Position numbers and translations under genes: made by a program. Shown here piece after piece: positions 11,701-21,480 of a stretch of DNA of 64,000 bases; position 1 is the first letter of the stretch, and each line of letters starts with the position of its first letter. The notes under the pieces are model-generated. The model was not told the DNA's origin, did not search any database, and saw only the letters and a program-made list of their open reading frames with translations. The DNA lies in assembly GCA_002269645.1 (NCBI GenBank), contig NIVC01000932.1:186001-250000 (forward strand), given 5' to 3'. This DNA is from Macrostomum lignano (lineage: Eukaryota).

Positions 11701-14700
11701 ATACATATACGCCTGCTCAGCCCCCAGTCAAAGTCAGAGACCCCTTAACTGTACAGCTGCAGCCATGGAATTGAATCGTGAGCAGAATCGGCTACTAATT
11801 TGGTACTGCCACAAGCGAAAGCTCACGGCGCTTGAGACTCATGCCGAGCTACTAGCAACATTGGAGGCTCAAGCGCCGTCATATGCTACGGTTACACGCT
11901 GGTACCGCGAGTTCCAGGCCAGCAGGACCAGCTTTTCTGACGACCCCCGGCCCGGGAGACCTCCGACAGCAGTGACGGAGGAAAACATCGCTGCAGTGCA
12001 GGAGCTGATTCATCAGGATCCGCGAATCACCACGGACATGCTAGCTATGAATGTCAGCATTGAATCGGCAGCGGTCGATACGATTCTACACGATCACCTG
12101 AGAGTCAGGAAGCTTTGTGCCCGATGGATACCCCACATCCTGACAGATGCTCAGAAACAGGCCCGCATGGAGTTCTGTCAGTTTCTCATCGATCAATATG
12201 AGCATGGGAGCCATCAGCGCCGCTCTGAGGTCATCACTGGTGATGAGACGTTTCTCTATCATTTTGACGTCGAGACAAAGCGCAGCAGTGCAGAGTGGGT
12301 GCCGGAAGGTGGGCAACGACCCCTGAAAGCAAGGCGGTCCCGGTCCCAGGGCAAGCGGATGTTTGCCATCTTCTTCGACTCACAAGGCGTGGTGGCGATG
12401 GAGAAGCTGGAGGGTCAAGCTACAGTCACTGCTCGATGGTACACTGAAGAGTGCTTGCCAGTCGTGATCGACAGCGTGACCCAGAGGGCACCAAGGACGG
12501 GAATGCGAGGGCGGAAACTTCACCATGACAACGCCCCCGCCCATACGGCTGCTGCAACTCGAGCGTTCCTGGACCAAGAGGGCATTTCAACGCTACCACA
12601 CCCGCCCTACTCACCCGACCTCGCCCCCTGCGACTTCTGGCTCTTTCCAGAAATCAAAAAATCGCTTAGGGGGCGCAGGTTTCAGTCCGACGAGGAGCTG
12701 GAGCAGGCGGCGAAGGAGACGATTGACGGCATCCCAATTGAAGACTTCCAGGGCTTGATGAACAAGTGGCTCGGACGAGCGCACAAGTGTTTGCAGTTCC
12801 GGGGAGCCTACTTTGAAGGATTGTAATAGAAAAGTTAACTTTAAATAGTCGAATTGCAAAACTTTTAGAGTATCCCTCGTATTTGCGTGTGCAAAAACTT
12901 TATGAACTTCTAGCGTTTCTGCAGGTGATGTCCTGGCTCAGCGACTGAGCTACTCCAACACCTCCCATCCCTGACTCTAACACCTCCCATCCCTGACTCC
13001 AACACCTCCCATCCCCGACTCCAACACCTCCCATCCCCGACTCCAACACCTCCCATCCCCGACTCCAACACCTCCCATCCCTGACTCCAACACCTCCCAT
13101 CCCTGAGTCCAACACCTCCCATCCCTGAGTCCAACACCTCCCATCCCCGACTCAACACCTCCCATCCCCGACTCAACACCTCCCATCCCTGACTCCAACA
13201 CCTCCCATCCCCGACTCAACACCTCCCAACCCCGACTCCAACACCTCCCATCCCCGAGTCAAACACCTCCCATCCCCGAGTCCAACACCTCCCATCCCTG
13301 ACTCCAACACCCCCATCCCCTACTCCAACACCTCCCATCCCCTACTCCAACACCTCCCACCTCCATTCCCGATTCCAACATCTCCGACCTCCATTCCGGA
13401 CTCTTAAAAAGCCGCTGGTTGGTCCACAACGCAACTCGCTACAAAATCTAGTGAAACTGCGCCGCTCACCTCCACAATTTTTTTGAACTCCTCAGTCGCC
13501 GATTTAAGTGTTCGCCGCCTGATGGGCACGTTGAAGAACAGGTCCTCAGCTGTGATGGTGGTGCCCTGGTTGCCTGGCACATATTTTACTGGCGCTTTCA
13601 GCTTTCCCTCGAAGTACTCGCCTCTGCGTAGTACGGTTGTAGAAATTTAATATTGCTTGTAAATAACTGACTGCCTACTTGTGCGGTCTGCACGTGGATT
13701 TCGAAATTTTCAATTTAGTTCAAAGCGAGAAAGACTGAAGGTTAAAAACAAAGTCTCAAATGTAAAAACTCTGCACAATAATCCTTTACCACATTGGCCT
13801 CTGACTTAAGGTCATAATGTACTTTTTTAAGTGAATCCAAGTATCGAAAGTTTCTAGAAAAAGGAGAAGCCTGATTTGAAGAGAATGAATTCGGACATCT
13901 TACCAGGTAACATGTTTCCGTCTATGCCTATGTCTATGGGCAAGACCAAGTCTACTGCTTTCAAATTAAAATTCTCAACTTGGTTGTTTTAAATATAGCA
14001 ATTTGCATCTAGTTTGAACAGCGGGATTTCTACGAGTATTTGGACGCTTGTGAAATTTACTCGTTAAAAAGGTGAAACGTTTATTTGCTAACAGGTTTGC
14101 ATTTAACTTCACATGAAAGTTCTCCTTCATGATAGGAGTCAGTCTATATGATGTACTAATGCTCCTCTTGGTAAAGCGTTGTCCGCTCTGAACATTTTTT
14201 CCAAATGTTGTACACAAATGACATCCAAGATCCTAGAAATCTCAGCCTCTGGATCACCACGCTGACAAAGCCGAGACAATATCCCTTTTTTCTCTAATAA
14301 TATTTGCCTACCTGCAAATCGGATTGTCCATGACCTTTCTGTGCTATGCTTCTCACATAGACACTTAACGAGGAAGTTTGGAGCCACAGAGTGCATGTTT
14401 TTATATCTATTATGTCCAATTAGACTGTCGCATGTCTAACTTGATTTCTAATCAGTGTAGTTTTGCTTATGGCCATAGACTACTTTTGATTTTTGACCAA
14501 AGATCATACACAAGATGGGCCGCCACTCATTAACCACGTATGTGGCCATAGAAGCTAATGTGAGAAACTTTGAGTATAGTGCGAAATAGTGCGAAAATCA
14601 ACTACTGAACTCAATTTCGTCAGTAGTCTCTACAATGCATGCATCATTCTTAGTTTGATTGAGTAGCTTGTTTCATTTAATTCAATTGTTTTTATGTCCC

Positions 14701-16028
14701 AGATTTATTAGTTTTATTTGACAGAAGCTGGCACATATTGATTTCGAGTCAGCCATGCTTTGTGGTCATGCAATTTCGACAGACGTGTTAGCGGTATGGT
14801 GCAGTTTTGATAGCGACAGCAAGGCAGTCTTGGAGTTACATAGGCGTCTTTTTCAAAAATTTAGGTTACACAGCTTCAGTTTGTGTTGCCTTACGACGTC
14901 ATAGGGTTATAGCTTCTTGTTTCAATGCGTCCATCCAACGCTAAGCGGCAGATTAAAATTTTGGAAAATGGTGCAGAATGACATTTTGATCTAGTTGCGG
15001 AGAAAATATATGCGAGTTGCAACCACAAGCCCAACAACACCTCGAGTTTAACATTCCAAAATGCTTTATTAGCTTGGCTGACCAAAGCAATATTCATACA
15101 GACTACTATAAAGTATTACGACTTCGATAAATAACGGTAGGCAGTGAACAGGTAGCAGAACAAGTATCGCGGACCCCAGTCTCTCACTCTCACCTGTAAG
15201 CGCACTCAGCCTCGGCAGTTTTACTAACAATAGACACGTGAGCAACGTGGCTAATACTGGCTAGCGCCTCGCCGCGGAATCCGTGCGTATTTAGCGAGCG
15301 CAGATCGGTGAAAGCCGCCAGCTTGCTAGTGGTGAATCGTTCGCAAACAATGGGCATATCGTCGAAACGGATGCCGCAACCGTTGTCAATGATTTGCAAC
15401 AGCTTATTGCCGCCATCGCGAGCAATTATCTGCGTTTTTAATAGTCGGACGAAATAACTGATTGTGATTTTGAGACAGAGATGAACTAAAAATGAAGAAT
15501 ATATTTTACTTTTAGTAGCTTAGACTAGATAGTGTATATATACCAGTCCTTCAATGTAGAGCCACCGCTACCCTCTCCCAGTCCTTCAATGTAGAGCCAC
15601 CGCTACCCTCTCCCAGTCCTTCAATGTAGAGCCACCGCTACCCTCTCCCAGTCCTTCAATGTAGAGCCACCGCTACCCTCTCCCAGTCCTTCAATGTAGA
15701 GCCACCGCTACCCTCTCCCAATCCTTCAATGTAGAGCCACTGCTGCCCTCTCCCATTCCATCAATAGAGAATCACCGCCAAATTTCTCTCCAAAAAATCA
15801 CTACTCAAAAACCTACAACTTCAATTGCAGGTACCAATGCAAAGCACACATATGGTAAATCGAGCACACCTGTACAAGTGTTGACCCAGCATCGATGCTA
15901 TTCTCTAGCAGCTCTTTTACAGCGTTAAATGGACGTTGAATGACTTCGCCAGCAGCAATGCGATTCACAACAGTTTCATCTAGCCGTTGGATTCGGGGTA
16001 GACTGTCTGGGGCCTGTTGTTCCAACAT
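5796..16028 (-). CDS. MLH1: DNA mismatch repair protein MLH1, 9 exons: 15870-16028, 15194-15429, 13470-13623, 10977-11420, 10267-10555, 9552-9653, 7891-8296, 6861-6948, 5796-6155 (2238 nt, 745 aa)
   Basis: GHKL ATPase motifs [50 protein letters not shown]; [11 protein letters not shown]; C-terminal [25 protein letters not shown] and the invariant FERC-stop. All junctions are GT-AG and phase-consistent. Confidence 0.97.
6270..6800. repeat. Minisatellite, ~41-bp unit (dimer of ~20-mers) CACTCCAGATTGTATCTTGGCACCCTAGAGTCAATCTTGA (MLH1 intron 8)
   Basis: Directly visible tandem units. Confidence 0.95.
7070..7830. repeat. Minisatellite, 21-bp unit GTGAATGGCACAGCAGACTGT (MLH1 intron 7)
   Basis: Directly visible tandem units. 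Confidence 0.95.
8395..9230. repeat. Minisatellite, 20-bp unit CACTCCTAACTCTATCTTGG (MLH1 intron 6)
   Basis: Directly visible tandem units. Confidence 0.95.
9735..10165. repeat. Minisatellite, 22-bp unit CCCTGAGTCAAACATCTCCGGT (MLH1 intron 5)
   Basis: Directly visible tandem units. Confidence 0.95.
10612..10945. repeat. Minisatellite, 34-bp unit TTGAAGCCATAGACAATTGCAATACATTCTACAC (MLH1 intron 4)
   Basis: Directly visible tandem units. Confidence 0.95.
11582..12879 (+). mobile_element. Intact Tc1/mariner (DD34D) DNA transposon, 1298 bp, in MLH1 intron 3, antisense to MLH1
   Basis: 29-bp TIRs CGAGGGATACTC(C/T)AAAAGTTTTGCAATTC at 11582-11610 and 12851-12879 (1 mismatch); TA duplications at 11580-11581 and 12880-12881. 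Confidence 0.97.
11765..12826 (+). CDS. Mariner transposase, 353 aa
   Basis: Uninterrupted ORF from ATG 11765 with HTH region, WIPHIL linker, [13 protein letters not shown] and [13 protein letters not shown]; exactly 34 residues between the 2nd and 3rd catalytic Asp. Confidence 0.95.
   Translation: MELNREQNRLLIWYCHKRKLTALETHAELLATLEAQAPSYATVTRWYREFQASRTSFSDDPRPGRPPTAVTEENIAAVQELIHQDPRITTDMLAMNVSIESAAVDTILHDHLRVRKLCARWIPHILTDAQKQARMEFCQFLIDQYEHGSHQRRSEVITGDETFLYHFDVETKRSSAEWVPEGGQRPLKARRSRSQGKRMFAIFFDSQGVVAMEKLEGQATVTARWYTEECLPVVIDSVTQRAPRTGMRGRKLHHDNAPAHTAAATRAFLDQEGISTLPHPPYSPDLAPCDFWLFPEIKKSLRGRRFQSDEELEQAAKETIDGIPIEDFQGLMNKWLGRAHKCLQFRGAYFEGL
12945..13400. repeat. Minisatellite, ~22-bp unit CTCCCATCCCCGACTCCAACAC (MLH1 intron 3)
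   Basis: Directly visible tandem units. Confidence 0.95.
15541..15770. repeat. Minisatellite, 35-bp unit CAGTCCTTCAATGTAGAGCCACCGCTACCCTCTCC (MLH1 intron 1)
   Basis: Directly visible tandem units. Confidence 0.95.
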
Positions 16029-17168
16029 CTTTACACTAAACAACTTCTAAAATGTTTAAATAGCTTGAAGGCTGCAAAAAGGTATATTGGAATAAATTCT
16101 TAAAAATTATATTTACTAGCACAAAAAGTTCCTTTGGCAATATCTCCATAGTAAAACAAACAAATAAGTTTTAAAATATATTTTTGTTCAAAAGTAGGAT
16201 AATTTTTAGAGCAATGGAAAAATCAAGAAAAAATTACTCATCTCTAACTTTTATGCATTTCTTTGATACTAGAGTATTAGATAGCCAGATTATTAGGTAG
16301 ATAATACTAGATTTGCCATTTGCCAACCTTGAAAAAATGCCTACCAACTATTTTCAATCTTTTTGCCACAGTTAAAATTTATAAACAGCCAAGTTTAAAT
16401 TATTAACATAAGTCCTTTAGAAGTACTAGCTGTTAACTAGTATTATTACTAGTACTATAGTACTACTTAAAATATGCTAAAAAACTTTGTTTGGTGATAA
16501 AAAATGACCATCAGCATAGTTTATGCTCTGACTATATGTTCAGTTGTTTTAGAATTCATAAACAGCTATATGAAAAATATAGAACTAAAAGTTTGAAAAA
16601 TATTGCTTTATGCAGCTTTGTCCTATCTATTATAGTTCAAAAGTTACAAGTGCTTAAAGTTCAAAAACATAATAAGACCCTCTTGTGGAATGACCCTATA
16701 ACAATATGGCATTTTTAATTCAATTTCAATTAATTTTCAATGAAAATATATAATTTTATGTATAATATAATTTATATCTTAAAGAAAAATATTTAAAAGT
16801 ACAATAGCATATAGATTAGATTAAATGTCCAAACAAATTATTATGATAGGCTCTATTAATTTTTATCTAGGTCTAGTTATTCAAAACAAAGTTGATACAT
16901 ATTGCTATATAGGAAGCTATAAAACTAGTTATAAAGAAAAATTTTTAAATGTTATCTTGATGCCTCTTTTTAGCTATTTATATATGAGATTTTTTTGTAG
17001 AAAAGTCAATGAACAAAAATCAATAAAAAATAAAATATTTCAAATGTAACAATTGACTGAAACAGATGATAATCAATTTTAAAAATATCTCTAGAATTTT
17101 TATTTGATAAACTTGATAAAACTTTGATAAAATTTGATTATGAAAAAAATATTCAATGCATTCATATG

Positions 17169-17339
17169 CAACCTTGGGAATCACTTAGCCATTTCTATTA
17201 GCAACACACGCAACGTCGCAACATGCATGTAAGTCGCTATAGGTTAAAAGCAGTCACATGACTAGGCCTACTATTTTGTCTAATAGTGACATACATGTAT
17301 GTGTTGCCAATAGAAATGGCCAAGTGAATCCCAAGGTTG
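17169..17339. mobile_element. MITE-like foldback element upstream of MLH1
   Basis: 39-bp imperfect terminal inverted repeats (CAACCTTGGGAATCACTTAGCCATTTCTATTAGCAACAC vs its near-complement ending 17339, 3 mismatches); weaker inner inverted similarity; no clear TSD. Confidence 0.6.
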
Positions 17340-17671
17340 TGCCCAAGCATGATTCAATAAATTAAAATAAAATTTAACTTTAAACAAATTATTTAGATTA
17401 GGCGCCTAGTTCATGCAACTCTGAACCAATACTATAGAAGTTTAGTAGAAATTTAATATGATTATTAGGCCTATTATATCTCTTTTTATAGGACAATTTT
17501 AATTTATACAATAGAGATTATAAGGCTTAGAATGATACAGAAATTTATAAGACCAAAGACTATTTAATAGCTCATATTAGACTAATCATATAGTTATAAT
17601 ATTCTTAGTAACTTAAAAAACCTTTAAATTTTTTTAATACATTGGTATATAGGTATATTGGTATATATATT

Positions 17672-18090
17672 GAGACCTGGACGCTGACAGACTTGCTCGA
17701 GGCTCAAGTCGACGCGGCGCATGCTGGCCTGCTGCGTGCCGCCTTCAAGATCGGCAACGAGCGAGTCACCAACACGGCGCTCTATCATCGCACCAGCCTG
17801 GCCCGTCCTAGCGATCTGCTGCGCCGTCGGCGACTCTAGCTGGCAGGCCACGTCATCCGCGCCGAGGCCTACTGTCCGGAGCCGATGCAGGAGGTGCTGC
17901 TACTTACGTTGCAGGCACCCTACCGGCGGGGACAGGCGAGGACTTGGCGCTACGTCGACTGTCTGCTGGCTGACACCGGCGCCCCGGACTCTGCCGGCGG
18001 TGCGGCTTTTGTTCGCGCCCAAGCTTTGAAGTGCGCCATCTGACGCTGCTTTTGTGAACTGGCAGCAGACTCTGTTGTTGTTGTTGTTGT
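17672..18090 (+). mobile_element. 5'-truncated RTE-clade LINE remnant (ORF2 C-terminus) with (GTT)n tail
   Basis: Reads ETWTLTDLLEAQVDAAHAGLLRAAF...LRRRRL*LAGHVIRAE...YRRGQARTWRYVDCL, matching the RTE C-terminal pattern ETWTL...RRRRLxLAGH..RG; in-frame TAG at 17837; microsatellite tail at 18073-18090. Confidence 0.8.
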
Positions 18091-19247
18091 CAAGAATATA
18101 AATGAGGCTCAGCCTCTAGAATTTTGGATTGTCCCACTGAGAATAATATTTTATAGCATAGGCCTATGTATAGTATAAATTATAAAATGGTTAAAAGACC
18201 TAGACCCAAATTGGATAGGCCTAGCATAGGCATAAATCATAAATATGGTCTAGTAATATGGTCTGGCTCCAGAATAGATAATTAATTACCTAGCCACTAA
18301 TATAATAGGCCTAGTAATGTATTATAATAATTATTGATATTGTAGGGGCCTACATACATTGCATGGTTAAAAAACCTAGATAGTAATGATTAGTAGGCTT
18401 CATATCTTAGTTGAGACTGACTGACCAATCTTGATTCTTAAACTATAAAAAGCTTTGTAGCAGTTTTAATCCTTATTGTCATGAGATGTTGGCTATATGT
18501 GTCTGTGGCTGTAGTTGGGCATTGGGTCAGGCCCAGCATAGGGCTGTTGGTAATTTTTTTTAGTTGAGGATTGTTTAAGTTAGCTAAATTGCTACATTTA
18601 TTGTATCCCAGACGAAATTCTCCACTGCCTCTACTATTACTTTACCTACGAGGCTACGCACGAGTAAGTCAGTCAGTTACGGCGTTCTGCAATTGCAAAA
18701 GCTGCGCTGGAGGCTTAAAGCGGCCTGTACGAGCTCACGCTGGTCGAGCATTAAATTTAAAGCAAAACTATTAAAATTAATCAAATATAACAAAAAACAA
18801 TGTTAGTTCAAAGGAACCAACATTTATATAATCCAATTGTTTGCAGTTAATAAAATGATTTATGTTTATCCATAATTTTTTCTTTCCTGTGAGTAATTAG
18901 GTGAAGGTTGCACTCTAAGGTAAATTATCATCGCATGAGTTCACATGGCAGAGTTTGCAAGATGGAGCGCAACACTTAAAACAGATGTGCGCGTAACGCT
19001 TATCAAATAAATGACAAAAAACATATTCTTCTTGTATAATTTATTAACCCGCAACCCCACAAAGCAGCGAAAGGAAGGCAAAGGCGGCGGGCTGGCAGCG
19101 AGCACAAAGCAGCGACAGCGACGTGGTGGGGAAGGCGACCCGACCCCTTCGGATGTTTCATTTATTTTGCGCAATACACGTGCGTACGTCGATTTCAAAA
19201 TTGATCGATAAAACGGGGGAGAATAAAACAAGAGGAATAAAAAATCG

Positions 19248-19406
19248 GAGCACTTGCACGCAGACGGTCAAGACAGAAAATACAGGGTTTAAGAACCCCG
19301 GCACACGGCGGAGGGGGGCGGGGAGCTAGAGGTGGGCGAAGGGGGAGGGGTGGGGTTAACACACTTTACACTGAGGCCTACGGAGCAGGCCTAGTGTAAA
19401 GTAGAC
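19248..19406 (+). mobile_element. Dispersed repeat ending in a long hairpin, Helitron/Helentron-like 3' end, copy 1
   Basis: About 155 bp shared with 49801-49956; terminal stem-loop TTTACACT-G-AGGCCT-ACGGAGC-AGGCCT-AGTGTAAA at 19365-19400. Confidence 0.55.
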
Positions 19407-20589
19407 AACATTCAAACATTGCAGTTTGTGAGATATCAGTCGCAACTACTGACAAGGTACTTTACGCAGTGGAGTCAAATTTATGTGGCAGGTTGGAACT
19501 AATTCATTGTAAGCCCCGAATGTTGTTGTCTTTTAGCATTTTTTGGTGTTTGTTCGTTTAAAAAATGTTACTTATTATCCGGACGGACTTTAATTGCAAG
19601 GAAAAATAATGCTAAAATCCACACGTAAATGAAGCTACCTGGTAGCTAATTACATGTACATTAACGACAATGATTAACTTTTGTTCTTTTTCTGATTAAT
19701 TCAACGGCGAAAGAGTCTTTTTTAATTTACTGTCTCTACTCATATATACAAATGGACTGTATATGCAAAGTGATTTGTAACTGTCCTCGTTGAAGCAGAA
19801 TCATAATCTACTGGTAGGGTTCTCTACGGTAGATTAGAAGCACATTTCACGAGTATATACATGTAGTTTTCTACGCAGATTCTTCTCGATCTGGGGTAGA
19901 TCGAGGGTAAAATCCAAGACGGTATTCAAAAGACTAATCTTTTCGAAATTGAGAAAAACTGAAAAACATAACAGTTTTTTTCAAAGTAATGTAAATTTTG
20001 AATTAGTCTTTAAAAAACACATATTGCTTCAGAATAGCAAACAATCGAGGCTAGTATTGTCAACTTAGTTCTAAAAATCTGGAGAATTCCAAACTGGCAC
20101 ATTTATTTATGACGATTCAACGCAGCGAAAACCGGCCTGCAGTGAAATTCAGGTCCACGACATATTGCACTGTCCCAAATTCGACTGCTACTATCTGACC
20201 TCCCTTTAATCCTACCAACCCTAACCCTAACATCAAATAGTTAGGGTTAGGGTTGGTAGGATTAAAGCAGTCAAAAGTGACGATTCTGACGATTTTTTGA
20301 GAGTGTACGTAGCGTCCTATTTTAGCTGTCCATGACAACGCATGGCATGTATATTCGACACATAGGATTCTATGATACACCACTGTACATATGGCTGGAT
20401 GTGAACCAGACTAACAGAAAATCTAGGCAAACAAAAATCTACAAAAAGTGTGACCCTGGTAGTTCCACATAAGCTGCAGAAGCGACCATCCGCCTATCCG
20501 CCCATTTATTTAGCATTGATTCTCAGCTAGCGTCGACCGACTTTGTCTGTGGTGAAACTCTATTCAGCGCTGTGCTCTCTACATGGATG

Positions 20590-21021
20590 GACACCATCCT
20601 GGCCGTCCTTCAGTCCGATGCACTGCCTGACCGTCACAGGCTCGACTGTGGCAGGCGGTGGTCGCGAGACCTTTCTGTTGACGTACAACGCTAAGACTTG
20701 GACGCTGTCTCTGGAGCGTCAGTTGGACTCGGTGCACTCGGGGGCTGCTCCATGCGAAATTTTGAGCTGACGAGAGCGTTGGGACTGAGGCTCTGTACCA
20801 GAGGGCCTGGCTGCAACGCCCGTCTAAAACCTTACCATGTGTTAGCGACTTCAACTGGCGGGCGATGTGAGGACGTCCTGCTTTTAATCTTTGCAGGGCT
20901 CATTTAGCTAGACTGGGCCAGGCCTAAACCTGAATGTGTCGATATGTGAACTACCTGATGTGCGACGCCGGAGCGCCCGACACCGCTGGCGGATCGAATT
21001 GCGCTGCGGTGCGCCATCTGA
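20590..21021 (+). mobile_element. Degenerate RTE-clade LINE remnant related to 17672-18090
   Basis: Frameshifted translation ARLWQAVVET..YNAKTWTLSLERQLDSVHSG..ESVGTEALYQRAWLQRPS; ends with the same GTGCGCCATCTGA as the 17672 copy. Confidence 0.65.
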
Positions 21022-21061
21022 TCGACGCACCCTGACCGCCTGACTTTACTGGATTTTTTGC

Positions 21062-21480
21062 GTATGTGTGTTTGTGTGTGCGTGTGTGTGTGATCGGAAA
21101 CATCCCACTCAAGCGATCCACTGCGGGTGGGCCGCCATGAGGAGGCTTTTCACCATCGCCTCCTTGCCCAGGTCAGAGACCGACTCCATCCCTAGACGTT
21201 TGCAGAGGACGTCTCAACGCGCACAACTCCACCAGTGGTCTTTACTTTCGCACTCACCGCAATACGCCACCACCGGCTTTTCTGCCTTCAGTAACTGGTG
21301 GATCCGCAGTGTCCCATCCTAAGCTGTGCCAATAACGTTGCCGTCCGTCTACCGGCTTCAGCCTGCTCGATCCTGCTCTATCGACTGCTCTAAGTCGCGC
21401 ATCGAACGTCTCGGGTCTCCAACGGTCTCGCAGATGTATTTTCATCACCTCGAACCCCACAGCCGTTCTGCTCCGGTCTA
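21062..21480 (-). mobile_element. Degenerate non-LTR retrotransposon 3' end with CCHC knuckle and (CA)n tail
   Basis: Frameshifted translation TLLAQLRMGHCG / YCGECESKDHWWSCAR*DVLCKRLG...AHPQWIA*, followed by a CA-repeat tail. Confidence 0.5.

Noticed and set aside
11567-11764. 66-aa N-terminal extension of the transposase ORF
   Set aside because: It starts outside the left TIR and crosses it; the real start is ATG 11765 (MELNREQ).
13975-15097. Short ORFs in MLH1 intron 2
   Set aside because: No recognisable domain or supported splice structure; possibly a decayed TE, but I could not support a call.
16491-17049. AT-rich ORFs upstream of MLH1
   Set aside because: Compositional artefacts of AT-rich promoter-like DNA.
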